Source of the DNA: Fistulifera solaris
Lineage: Eukaryota
Direction: 5' to 3'
DNA length: 64,000 nt
Assembly: GCA_030295235.1 (NCBI GenBank)
Contig: AP026150.1
Span: 186,001-250,000, forward strand
Position 1 is the stretch's first letter. Each line of letters starts with the position of its first letter. Of this stretch, positions 39,276-50,638 are shown one piece after another. Under the pieces are notes generated by a model that ran no database searches, was not told the origin of the DNA, and was given only the letters and a program-made list of their open reading frames with translations. The position numbers and the translations under genes are program-made.

Positions 39276-41321
39276 CTAGAGACCTAGACGTATGAGTTTG
39301 GCCAAATCTGGAAAGCCCTTATAATCGGCCCAGCCCTCGGCTGTAAAGCCCTCGAAATCGGGAGAACAGAGCGGCTTGGTATAGTGAAATTGACCTATTT
39401 TCGAGCGATCTGCGCCCTGCTGGAGCAGAAAGCGAATCAAGTACCTGTCACCCGCGTACGCTGCGTTAAGAAGAGGTGTGAATCCACCACGGTCGTAACT
39501 TTCAATATCTGCACCCTTCACCGTCACGAGCCAGCGCACTACCTTGTGTCTCTGGTGGATGACAGCCAAATTCAACAGCGAATTTCGTTCACACACAACA
39601 CCGCTGGTATAATTGATGTCAAACTGAAAGGCCTTTTCAGCGGCTGCCACGAGTTTCTCGAAAGATTGTACATGATCGCCTTTCCAAAGTAAAGAAGAAC
39701 CTTTCGAAAGGACATCGTCCCATTTCTTTCTGGCATTCTCGGTTTCACGGCGAAGCAAGCCCAGATACAGTTCACACCAAGGTTTGCGCGGACGCCGTGG
39801 CAGCGTCCAGTGGGACGGGCAAAGCTGTTGCCACATGACTTCCCGCTGCTCTAAAACATTTCTGGTCTTCGCATTAATGCAACGAAGCTTTCCGTGCTCC
39901 AGTGCAGGCAGAAACGACAGGCAATGTACCAGCACGTCATCTGGACACCCTTGTACAGGGTCCATGAGCCGTACAAAGTCAAATAAAGGAACTTCTTGCT
40001 TTTGTCGGTTCTCCTTCTCCTTTTCTTCCAGCATGGCATCAATGAGAACAAGTTCGGGTGCCTCGAGTGCATGTTCGTGGGATGGCTTATTGTCAGCTGC
40101 TTCCAAAGATGTCACTACAGCTTGCTTTAATCGCTCTCGCTGACGCTTGCGTCTCTGAACAAGCCACTGATTTTTACGTATGCGAAGCCATTCGGTGAAA
40201 TTGCCATCTTCCAAATGGACCACTCCATTGACGTCGTCTTCAATCCGTCGCCTCTTTTGTTTGTTCCACGAATACGATTGCTTCCAACGTATTTTACACG
40301 TATGCATCCATTGCTGGAAACTATCATAGCCCTGCGATGACCAAAAATCAACCGGAAGGGTGGAATCGGATCGATCCCAGTCTTTCTTGGAGCCACCTTT
40401 TTCTATACAGTCTTCTTCAATCCATGTTTGCGTGTACGGATACACTTTATAAGCGCTCCGCCATTTTCGCTTTCGATCGGCTAGCCAACTTGAAAAATCC
40501 GTCGTGCAATATGGAAGAAGAAACTGTTTTGCATAGGTACCTTCATCTGGATCGCCATGAACATACGTGTCATCATACGGCAATGGTTTGCCTGTTGTCG
40601 TATCGACGAACAAAGGATTGGTATACACACTCGGTGTTGTTTGTTTTACGCAAGTAGGAGTACCCAAGATACGTTTCGGTGCTGCTATCCGTGTCTTGGT
40701 GGGAGCAAAATACGGCGCCAAGATGACATGCGCTGCCTGTGCCGCGAAATACGACGACTTATTCAAATTAAACAAACCACTGCGCAATCGAAATTCGTGT
40801 TGTTGACACGCCACCGACACAGCATCGTGATGACGAGCAATGAGTAGACAGAGCTGTTGCGTGGATCGCAAATACTGTGCGAGGGCATCGACAGAAGAAC
40901 CGTATTGATAGGGAAGGTGGCCGTTAATAGCGAGCACTAAATCTCCGGGAAGCAACGCCACTGATACTGTGGATTGTGGCTGCCGTATAATGCGAGGGAC
41001 TGTTTGCTGTGAGAATAGAGGTGCGTGGAGCCACTCGGAAGGGTGAGATTCGGTGACGGACGTGGAAGGAGCTATCCAGTATCCTTGAATCAGCTGTGGC
41101 AATGTCGTGACGGAACCCAAAATCACCATAGAACCAAAATTCGAGAACGAAATTCCCCATGCTTGTTGTGAAGAAGATCGTTTCAGCAATACGACAACAA
41201 AGGAGAAGGAGGATCGACTAGGAGATGCATTATTTGACACCGAAGGCGTTACTACACGGCAGTTGGTTGTCTTCTTCGGGGGAGGAGGAGAATTATGCGG
41301 CGCCGGCGTTACGGGCATCAT
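39276..41321 (-). CDS. PDZ-like + Trp-repeat + F-box-like + ankyrin repeat protein
   Basis: LKRSSSQQAWGISF...LLPGDLVLAING (PDZ-like); PDDVLVHCLSFL (F-box-like); GFTPLLNAAYAGDRYLIRFLLQQGAD (ankyrin). Confidence 0.8.
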   Translation of the reverse strand: MMPVTPAPHNSPPPPKKTTNCRVVTPSVSNNASPSRSSFSFVVVLLKRSSSQQAWGISFSNFGSMVILGSVTTLPQLIQGYWIAPSTSVTESHPSEWLHAPLFSQQTVPRIIRQPQSTVSVALLPGDLVLAINGHLPYQYGSSVDALAQYLRSTQQLCLLIARHHDAVSVACQQHEFRLRSGLFNLNKSSYFAAQAAHVILAPYFAPTKTRIAAPKRILGTPTCVKQTTPSVYTNPLFVDTTTGKPLPYDDTYVHGDPDEGTYAKQFLLPYCTTDFSSWLADRKRKWRSAYKVYPYTQTWIEEDCIEKGGSKKDWDRSDSTLPVDFWSSQGYDSFQQWMHTCKIRWKQSYSWNKQKRRRIEDDVNGVVHLEDGNFTEWLRIRKNQWLVQRRKRQRERLKQAVVTSLEAADNKPSHEHALEAPELVLIDAMLEEKEKENRQKQEVPLFDFVRLMDPVQGCPDDVLVHCLSFLPALEHGKLRCINAKTRNVLEQREVMWQQLCPSHWTLPRRPRKPWCELYLGLLRRETENARKKWDDVLSKGSSLLWKGDHVQSFEKLVAAAEKAFQFDINYTSGVVCERNSLLNLAVIHQRHKVVRWLVTVKGADIESYDRGGFTPLLNAAYAGDRYLIRFLLQQGADRSKIGQFHYTKPLCSPDFEGFTAEGWADYKGFPDLAKLIRLGL

Positions 41322-41857
41322 TTGCTGCTTTCTCTTGTCGTATTGGCTGTGCCGTCAGAAAGAAAAGAATCGCATCGATGCAATGATGCGCGTCTGGTCT
41401 ATACAGTGAACAACGAAGACAACGGCGCTCAAAGATGAAAGCGGGGGTTGACGTTTTTGTTGACGTTGACGGACGAGAAAAAAGAAGATCTTCAGAATTT
41501 CCTCCTGATACTGGTTTGCAAAGTACATTGTTCCGTGTTCAGTACCATATCGAGTGTCCGGTGTACATAAGTGCATACGTAGTACTTTGTAGATAGTAAA
41601 TGGAAACAAGCGAAGCTCCAGCCTGTCCGGCCACCCGGTTCAATTTGAAAGGACGAGAAACGAAAAATGCTACCTTAACTTTAACTCTAAGAGAAATAGA
41701 AACCGAACAGTAATAAACACGCAAGCAACCCTGCCTTCACAAATAATCACAATGAAATAAAATCAATGATAGGATCATTATCTCTCTTCTGCGGCAAACG
41801 CTGTATTCTGTAAAAAGTGAAGTCGTGTAGGCGAATGAGCTGTCGGTACTTTTATCC

Positions 41858-42559
41858 ATGACGACTCCCACTTCTTCCGGGGACGACACAACCCGTAACA
41901 ACGATGAATACTACATGCGTCTGGCGTTACAAGTCGCTCAAGAGGCCTTGCTATTCGGTGAAGTTCCGGTAGGATGTATTTTGGTACAAAGCGATGGTAC
42001 TATTGTTTCTCATGGAGCCAATCAAGTGAATGCGACGCGGGATGCGACACGTCATGCCGAACTTGTAGCAATCGATCGGTGGTGGACGGGAGGGGTCTTC
42101 TCCGATCAGTTGCGCATGTCCCCAGAGGAATATGCTCAAGTTGCGAAAATCAATAATCTACAGGAACCCGCGCTGGAGAAATACTTTTACAATGATGATA
42201 CGATTCAGTCGTCTGATGGACGACTACTACCTAGTTGGGGATTACAAAAACAGCATCCTCCCGCAGACCTTTCCCTGTGTCATTTGTACGTTACATGTGA
42301 ACCGTGTATCATGTGTGCCGCGGCTCTAGCTAAAATGAAGATCGGGTGTGTGATCTTTGGGTGTCGCAACGATAAGTTTGGGGGATGTGGGAGTATTCTG
42401 CACGTTCATCAAGAGGACGCTGGTTACCGCATTGTGAGTGGGGTGTTGGAAGACGAAGCAATTGCTTTGTTGCGGTCATTTTACAGTCAAGAGAATCATC
42501 AGGCTCCCGATGAAAAACGAAAGCGAAAAGACAATCGATTAGCCGACAATGTGTCGTAG
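41858..42559 (+). CDS. ADAT2: tRNA-specific adenosine-34 deaminase catalytic subunit
   Basis: GEVPVGC, NATRDATRHAE, YVTCEPCIMCA, FGCRNDKFGGCGS. Confidence 0.92.
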   Translation: MTTPTSSGDDTTRNNDEYYMRLALQVAQEALLFGEVPVGCILVQSDGTIVSHGANQVNATRDATRHAELVAIDRWWTGGVFSDQLRMSPEEYAQVAKINNLQEPALEKYFYNDDTIQSSDGRLLPSWGLQKQHPPADLSLCHLYVTCEPCIMCAAALAKMKIGCVIFGCRNDKFGGCGSILHVHQEDAGYRIVSGVLEDEAIALLRSFYSQENHQAPDEKRKRKDNRLADNVS

Positions 42560-42629
42560 CTATTGCAATTGAGTTGTGTATTTAACAAAAGAATAAGTAA
42601 TACTCCTTATGTTACGGGACGACCACGTC

Positions 42630-43205
42630 TCACTTGCGCGACTTGGACCGTGTCGCTTTAAACTTCTTTGTTCTCCTTTTCTTGAACGATGTATTCTCTT
42701 TCTTCAAGGCTTTCTTTTGTTCTTTCTTTTCATTGCGTTCTTTCAAATGTCGCGCCGCCTCTTTTTGTCGTTGCGAGGCTGTTTGGGCCATGGTATTTTG
42801 CAAATGTTCACGAATCGTCGCAAAGGGGTCGGCTTGAAAAGCAGGATGCTGTAGGACTAAATTCATATGCGCAACTTCTTTCTGTACGAGATTCTGTTTC
42901 GCTTTGTTGGATTTGATCACTGGGATAGTCGATATTGACGTTGGTACTTCGTCCTCTTTGTCAACGACAGTCTCCAGCAGGGCCGACCGAATGGCATCCA
43001 TACCATCAATTTGTTTCTTTTGTTCTTCTTGTCGCTTTAACTTCAAAGAAGAAAGAATCATTTTCTCTTTTTGCAAATATTGTTCACGTTTTTGCAAACG
43101 CTTCCGTTGTCCTCGACTCAATTCGTCGCCTGCTTCTTTGGTGGTTTTTTTCACAGCTGCTGCCGCCGCCTTGCGAAATGTTCCTACTTTGGCTAATTTC
43201 GGCAT
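42630..43205 (-). CDS. SLX9: Ribosome biogenesis protein SLX9/FAM207A-like
   Basis: LSRGQRKR and VLQHPAFQADPFATIREHLQNT in a Lys-rich protein. Confidence 0.8.
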   Translation of the reverse strand: MPKLAKVGTFRKAAAAAVKKTTKEAGDELSRGQRKRLQKREQYLQKEKMILSSLKLKRQEEQKKQIDGMDAIRSALLETVVDKEDEVPTSISTIPVIKSNKAKQNLVQKEVAHMNLVLQHPAFQADPFATIREHLQNTMAQTASQRQKEAARHLKERNEKKEQKKALKKENTSFKKRRTKKFKATRSKSRK

Positions 43206-43348
43206 ATTTTGTGTTGATTAATTCAAAAAAAGACGAGTAATAATGAGAAGATGCATATAATACGAAAGACGGGCGACATGCCTTAACGCATGTTAAAAAA
43301 GAAAAAAATCGAGTGGAGATGACTGAAACTGAACGCGCGAAGCAGGCG

Positions 43349-43799
43349 TCTCACGTATCGACGGACAGAAACAGAAATTCTGTCAACCAAGTCGCTACGT
43401 TTCGCAACAACAGAAGAGGAAGTATCTGGTAGAGCTAAGACGATAAACAGTCAAAGTTTTCCAAACAACAATATTATGAAGCCTTTACAAATCCGACAAA
43501 TGAACAAGGTGGAATCTCACTGGGTGATGGTTCCGCCGAGAATGTCACTGCCATCGGACTAGGTCTTGTTTTATCTTGAAATTCTGAGCTCACGTATGTG
43601 GCTCTAACATTCTTGTATCGCGTTGCTTGCAAACCTTTCACGCCTTCACGATCAACCCAAATCGTGCAAAGACCCTTGGGCCTCGCCCAAGAGGTTACAT
43701 TCGGATGCTTCCGATTTGGGGATCGGAATTCGCATTAGGTCGTGCGGCCATATTGGCTGAGTCCCTAGTAGTCTGCCCGCTATCCGCATTTCCGTGACA
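43349..43799 (-). repeat. 3' LTR (451 bp), TGTCACG...CGTGAGA
   Basis: Direct repeat of 49997-50456. Confidence 0.96.
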
Positions 43800-46700
43800 C
43801 TCCCTCTCAGACGAAGAGGGATCACTTTCAACCCAACCCATTAACTTGTCTCGAAGATAGGTAAACGTTTCCCTAGGCAATCCTTTCGTCATGATATCCG
43901 CAAGCTGTTCTTTAGTGTCAATCTTGTTGATTTTCAATTCACCACTTTGAACATGTTGTCGGAAGAAATGATATTTCGTGCCATAGTGCTTCGAGCGAGG
44001 GGTCATCCGCGGAATTGTAGCAAGAGTGAGCTCCATTGTTGTCTTCAAATACATCCGAATGGGCAATGCTCTCGACTTGGTCTTCTCCAGTAATAGCCTT
44101 AGCAACAGCAGTAACAAGTCTTCGCATCGGCAAAACATCGCGCATGGCGGTACTCAATGCGACATATTCACTCTCCATCGTACTTAGAGAGATTTCAGAC
44201 TGTAGCTTCGATACCCAAAGTAGGGGGCAATTGCCGAGCGTCAAAATATAACCAGTACGCGACTTCACACTTATCGGATCTTCAGGATCTTCCGCACCCC
44301 ACAATCCGGCAAAGTCGGCATCAACAAAACAATCAATTTTCAACTCTTTCGTCGGACGCATCACCAAACCACGATCGGCCGTTCCTTTTAAATAACGCAC
44401 TATTCTCTTGATTGCTTTAGCATGACTTTGCCGTGGTGAATGAGTGAAGCGGCACTGGTGGACAGCAAATGCAATATCCGGTCGAGAGTTTGACGACAAG
44501 TAGAGCAACATTCCGACAACCGAAGCATAATTCCAAGACTCGGCAAACGCAGCACCAGCCAAATCTTTTCCCAATGGCTTGTTTTCAGCAGGCGTGTCGC
44601 AAGAATTACAATCAGCCATGTCGGTGGCTTCGATGACGCGTTTAATGAGACCTTTCTGGGTCAACTCGATAGTATCTCCACGACGGGTAAACTGAATTCC
44701 CAAGAACGCGGAAACATCTTTCGACTCCACAGTTAAAGTTAAAACCTTGTCAATAGTGTCAATCATGTCATCCATGCACTTTTCATCGAGACTGAACCAA
44801 AGGCAATCATCGACATAAGTCAAACAAATAATTTTCTCGTGCACGAACAGGCAAGCATCGATGTCGACCAACTGTTTGAAACCATGCTTCTCCAAAGTGT
44901 CCTTCAACAAGTTGAAGAATCGGAGTGGACTGTCGGACTTTCCGTAAAGCGTCTTCTGGAGCATCAAAACAGTGTCTTCGCCATCGTCGTGAAATCCTTG
45001 AGGCATCTCAATGTAGCACTCTTCAGTAGGTGGCAAAGGGGCTTGAGCAAACGCATTGACATAATCAACTTGGCGGGTATGCATTCCGTGGACAATGGAC
45101 ATAATTAACAGCAACCGAACTGTGGACCACTGTACGACAGGAGAGTAGGACTCGAAGTAGTCTACTCCTTTTATCTCCATGTCGCCACGAACACAAAACC
45201 TCGCCTTGTACTTCGTGGGTGTCCCATCCGGTGAACGTTTAAGCCGAAACGCCCAAGTGGATTTTATCACGCGCTTATTCGCAGGTACTGAAGCTCGCGG
45301 AATTTTCTTCCACGTCCCCATCATCTCCAACATTCGAATTTCTTTCACCATCGCCTCTTGCCATTCTCGATATTCGGCAGACGACATTGCTTGATGATAC
45401 ATTGGATAGTCGGGATCGGAACCTTTCTTTGGCTTCTTTGCACGCTGCATAGCGCAAAAGCAACAGGGTCGCTATGAAATCAAACTCGCCGATCTCCGAA
45501 TCCCAACAAGCAACAAGGCCGGAATGAATCGACGCAATAAAAGAGAAAGTTTCGCGAGGAATCGGCGCAAGAACAACCGAAGCAACGTTTGTAATAAATT
45601 CATTGAATCTCTTTGGAGCACGTCTCGCGAGTGGATCGGCGAGGTTCGGCAGGAACAGCTGGTGTCTTCTTCCGCGGCGAACTTGATGGAGGCTTGGCAT
45701 CCACAGCAACCTTTGGAGCAGGAATCGGCTCAACCGGCTTTGAAATAGGCTCAGATAATTTAACAGGAGTAGTAACTGTCTTTTGTTCTGGCTCCCTCTG
45801 CAATGTAGGCTCGTTTGAACTCTTTTCAGTTGTAGGCTCGGCATCGGTTCGTAATCGCTGGTGCACTTTGTCGAAATCAACTGGAGGGCTAGCAGTGTCT
45901 TGGACGCTTCGAATTTTGCGAGATCGCTCTTGAATTCGAACATGCAACTCATCTTGACTCAACCATTCATCATCCAAGTCGATCGGATCATCCTCATCGA
46001 AAAATACCTGAAAGCGAGATGATGCGAAGATGTCGGCCCAAGTCTCCGGATCGACAGAATCATCCTCATTAGCGACATTCAAACAGTGGCAAACCAATCA
46101 TCAACAACAACATGGAACTGCGCGGAAATCCGGTTTGTTTCTAGGTTCAGAACGACAGGAACATTCGATGCATGCCGCTTTGACAAACCCAAGAAAACGC
46201 CAGCGTCTCGAGCGAGGTTCAAATTTTGGAATCTTGTGCCCATCTTGCAATTGAGGGTTCAAAATATACGCGGGTGATCCCCATACATGCATATCAGCAA
46301 ACACTTTTCGATCGGTCGTTGTTCTGAAGATCATATCAGCCGGAGATGAATTATTTTCGCCGGGTCCGTAGTTGAAATTTTGAACGACATAATCGATCGC
46401 CTGAGGCCACAAATCCGAAGAAATCGCTTTCGGCCAACGCAGTTTAGCATGTAGCATCGTGGTGCGTGCAAGAGATATAATACTTCCGATCGCGCGCTCA
46501 GCAACAGCATTTTGGTGGTGAGCACCAGGTCCACTGAGAGTCATCGACTGGTAGTTCGTATCAATTTGCTTTGTGAACTCCTGCGCCGTAAACGTGCCAT
46601 TGTCGGTATGATATTGGACCACCGTGATGCCGTGATTAGCCATTGCACTTTCGAACTCCAACTTGGCGCGCAAAGCCTCGCCAGCAGTAAAATTCAAAAC

Positions 46701-48425
46701 GTGAACGACGTACACGAATCCACTTGCATGATCGACAAAAATCACACCGCCTTTGAACTTCTCATCATCTTTGGTACCACCGAAACCAGAGTAGAGACGT
46801 CCCCTCGTTGAAACAGAGAAGTGATCCATTGAAACCTTCTGGCCCGGAATTAAAATATCCTTCGAGAGAACTTTGGATTGGCGATCGACGGTCAATTTTG
46901 CTCCAGTCGACTTGCGCTTTCCTTTTCCATACATGCAAGCAGCGCACTTGGGAATATCACAACGCGCCGCCGCTTTGACTTCAGCAGAATTTCCGAGAGC
47001 GCCGGTTTTGAGCAAGGCTTGAATATTTTTCATGCTTCGGTGAACAAATCGGAAATGTAAGCGAAGAAGAAATTTCTGTGCTTCACTCAAGTTTTGATTC
47101 TCAGCCGCGGTCACACAGTTTCGAATCTTTGCAGCATTGAGAGCAACAGATTGTTTTCGGAACATCTCCAGAGTAGGCAAGTTGTTTTCCGGAGAGTAAA
47201 CAATATCAAGAAAGTGGCCGTCCAACAGATCGACATGAATGAGGCTCGAGTCGCCTGAAAAACGCGGTTCGTCGTTACGTTGCGCCTTCACCAATTGACA
47301 GTAGGACTGTGGGCTGAAGAGTCGGACATTGGCATCGGGCACATGTAGCCCAGGGATCCGAAAAGTAAAGCCCTTGCCGTTGGACAGAGTAACAGTCCAC
47401 TCAAGAGTGCCCGTGCCGGCAATCGAAGAACCTGCAGCAAAGCCAGACAAAACTTTATCGCCAGTAGTCGGAGTGTAGGACGTGAAGTCAGCACGGTCGA
47501 AAGTAACAGCAACTGTGGCTCCAGTATCCCAAATAACCGGAAACAGATCCGCCATGGTAGGCTTTCCAGCGACATGCACTTGATGCAAAGCAGGGAGGGC
47601 ATAAATAGACGGGGGCAGCTTCGCGTACGGTGCAAAGTAGGCTTTAGAGTTGTCTACACTATTATCTCCCTCTCGAAGCAACATCGTCTCACTTTCACTA
47701 GCAGCTCCCTCTGGAAAGAAATGCCCAGTGGGATAGCAAAACAGAAGAGAGTCGTCCAGTAGGTTCCAAGGCTTAGGATGCCCGTTCGGCGGACACGATA
47801 AATCTAAAGACTCGGTACACAAATGGCCATTGCTGTCAATCATATCCGGAAGCTCCAAGGCCCAACGAGGAATCGCTTCGAAGTCTTCGACGACGTTTGC
47901 TCCTCTCGCAGTTTCGACAAAACGATTTTGCTTGCGACGCCGAAAAACACCATCCTCACCATGCTGACAAGACGAATCGTTTGAAGATGAAGAAGGATCA
48001 GGAGGTCGGCGCAAACGTCGGCTGCGATCACTTGGATGAAACTGGTAGCAGCCATGCCAGGCGGGCACCAAGTTGACTCCATAAACAACACCGGGGGCGC
48101 CGAGCGTAAGCGTCACTCGCCACATGCTCGTCATGATCGAAGAAAGCACCATGAAACGACACGGGAGAGAGATGAGACGCTCGGGCAAAGGCGTGAATCG
48201 CGGCCGAAGACCAAGAGAGCGACGATGAGCGGCACTTTGGGCACGCAACCACTTCGAGATGGTCGCAGCAACACGGAAATGACGCCACCAAGAAAAGCAC
48301 TCCACAATCAACCAGCAAAGAATAAAATGCTTCGGCAAAAGCTCCAACAATAAACGACCGATAAATATGGACAAAAGGCTCAGGAAGGGACCTCGATCGA
48401 AAGGTTCACCTTCCCTGCCGATTTC
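43695..48425 (-). CDS. pol: Copia pol (protease, integrase, reverse transcriptase, RNase H), broken by several indels
   Basis: IWDTGA (PR); HFRFVH...CAAC, SMDHF, HTDNG, QNAVAERAI (IN); KARFCVRGD, YVDDCL (RT); VDADFAG, KHYGTKYHFFR, QLADIMTKGL (RH); the ORF runs into the 3' LTR. Confidence 0.93.
43800..43808 (-). other. Polypurine tract GAGAGGGAG
   Basis: Immediately precedes the TG of the 3' LTR on the minus strand. Confidence 0.85.
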
Positions 48426-49895
48426 CTATTCGAATCGCTGTCGGAACCCCAACAGAACTGCAAGGGTGCCGTCCAAGCTTGAGCAACATTAGCGGCAGGA
48501 GCGCGGGCTTAACATCAGCGGGCTTCTCTTCTTTGCTCTTGTGCTCGCCGGTTCCATGAGTCTGGTTCCAACGCTTGCACTTGGCTAGCAATAATAGAAA
48601 GTCTTGCCGTACTTGGTCATGGTGGTGGGCTCGCCCTCGCGCGATGCGAGTCCAACGAGTTTCGGTCGAACCACCGCTTTTCTTGTCGCCATCACCACCG
48701 CCAGCCTTCGGAGCAGCCTTGTCTTTGTTCGCCTTCTTGTCCTTGGTCTTCGAGGGAGGCAGTTTTAGTGCCGTTCGACTCGAATTTCGACTTGAGGGTC
48801 TTGAACTCGGCTTTGAGACTCTTGATAGCCGCAGTATTAGCACTAACATCAGTAGCAACTCCTTTAGCCGGTCCCCAATCGTCCTTAAGGGTGCTGTAGA
48901 AATCTTTAGCTTCATGGAGAATGCGGCGATAGTTTGTATAACCGCTCATCCTTTCAGCAACTTCCTTCGACTTTCCGGCAGAGAGACGCACAAAGTCGGA
49001 GAGAGATGCCAACTTCGTGTGCCAGTGAACACGGAACGCTTCGACCGAACATTTGCACAGCTGCTGCTGCAAAATAATCAAGTGGTCGCGAGGGAGCTGG
49101 TCATTAGCTTCCAACTCCTGCAAAGTCTCCATCTGCGCATTCGCCCAAGCAGCAACATTCTCACCGGGAGTTTCAACCAACGTGCGCTTGGTGAACTCTT
49201 CTCCGAGCTCTGAGACACGGGCGAAATGCGTTGGGAAGAACTTCTTCGGTGATTTTCATCCAAACCAAAGGGCCAAAGCGCGCATGGCCGGAACTCAAGG
49301 AAGTACGAATCGTGCGCTGGAAGGAGCGCTCCAACGAGTTGAGCAGAAAAGCAGCCGAATCGCTTAGCGAGTTGATCATGTACTGATCAAAGACACCGGA
49401 CTTGATCATGTCTTCGAGATGCTTCGCGACTGGGTCGAAAGTGAACTTGCCATGGTACACGAAGAGATCGATGACACGACTGAGATCAGCAGGATCATTC
49501 ATGTAGAACGGCCGTATCGAGACCATGCGTAATACAATGGTTGAACGCTTCATCCGCGAGCTCAACAAGGCGGTAGTCATTCGCAGTAGGACTGAACTTG
49601 GGGTCGAGACCGGCGATGCGATCCTTAAAACTTTTCTCAGCGATAAGGATTCGGATCTCGGAAGCAGTAGGGCTCGCAGGCACAAGGTTAACACTGCGAG
49701 TAAAGTTTCCATCCGGAGGACCACCAATAGCTGGGATAGAACCTTGAACAAGGCCGAACTTTGGCGAGAACGGGCTCGGAAAAAGTGGCCTGAACATCCT
49801 TTTCGACTTTTGGCGCTTGGTGAAACTGCGAGGGCGAAACACCGGGCGGTCACCGGAGGAGGTTTCCTGTCATCAGTTTCGCTATCGGAAGACAT
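48406..49895 (-). CDS. gag: Copia gag, fragmented by indels
   Basis: Overlapping ORF pieces between the PBS and pol; PGENV motif; knuckle (C)AKCKRWNQTHGTGEH. Confidence 0.8.
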
Positions 49896-49982
49896 ATCGC
49901 CGAATAACGAAAGACGACAAAAGAGGAGTAAGTAGGGCACGTGTATCAAACAACTGCAAAGACTGTACCAGATAGTGTGAAT

Positions 49983-49996
49983 CTGGGCTCGTAACC
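49983..49996 (-). other. Primer-binding site GGTTACGAGCCCAG (internal/half tRNAi-Met type)
   Basis: Abuts the 5' LTR; matches the recalled GGTTATGRGCCC PBS of copia/Ty5 with one mismatch. Confidence 0.8.
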
Positions 49997-50456
49997 TCTC
50001 ACGTATCGACGGACAGAAACAGAAATTCTGTCAACCAAGTCGCTACGTTTAGCAACAACAGAAGAGGAAGTATCTGGTAGAGCTAAGACGATAAACAGTC
50101 AAAGTTTTCCAAACAACAATATTATGAAGCCTTTACAAATCCGACAAATGAACAAGGTGGAATCTCACTGGGTGATGGTTCCGCCGAGAATGTCACTCTG
50201 CCATCGGACTAGGTCTTGTTTTATCTTGAAATTCTGAGCTCACGTATGTGGCTCTAACATTCTTGTATCGCGTTGCTTGCAAACCTTTCACGCCTTCACG
50301 ATCAACCCAAATCGCGGTGCAAAGACCCTTGGGCCTCGCCCCAAGAGGTTACATTCGGATGCTTCCGATTTGGGGATCGGAATTCGCATTAGGTCGTGCG
50401 GCGGCCATATTGGCTGAGTCCCTAGTAGTCTGCCCGCTATCCGCATTTCCGTGACA
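49997..50456 (-). repeat. 5' LTR (460 bp)
   Basis: Direct repeat of 43349-43799; differs by 1 substitution and 4 small indels (9 nt) by manual comparison. Confidence 0.96.
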
Positions 50457-50638
50457 AGGCGTAAAGGGTGAAAAGGCGCCGGAAAAGGACTCGTGACTCA
50501 TTTGTGTCAACCTGGCACGAACGGGTGAATCCAGACCAGGATAACAATAACCGCGTATTATGAAGACCTTTATTTTGCTCTTCAAGGAGCTCTTCGATAC
50601 GTGGTGCGGAACTGTCCGCAGAAAAGAAAACACGCCAT

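Larger units (their letters stand above)
43349..50456 (-). mobile_element. Full-length Ty1/Copia (CoDi-type) LTR retrotransposon, 7108 bp
   Basis: Two LTRs, TSD AGGCG (43344-43348 and 50457-50461), PBS, PPT, and domain order gag-PR-IN-RT-RH. Confidence 0.97.

Noticed and set aside
50248..50633. Small ORFs within and across the LTR
   Set aside because: They duplicate the pol run-through into the 3' LTR or span the insertion junction; there is no independent support.
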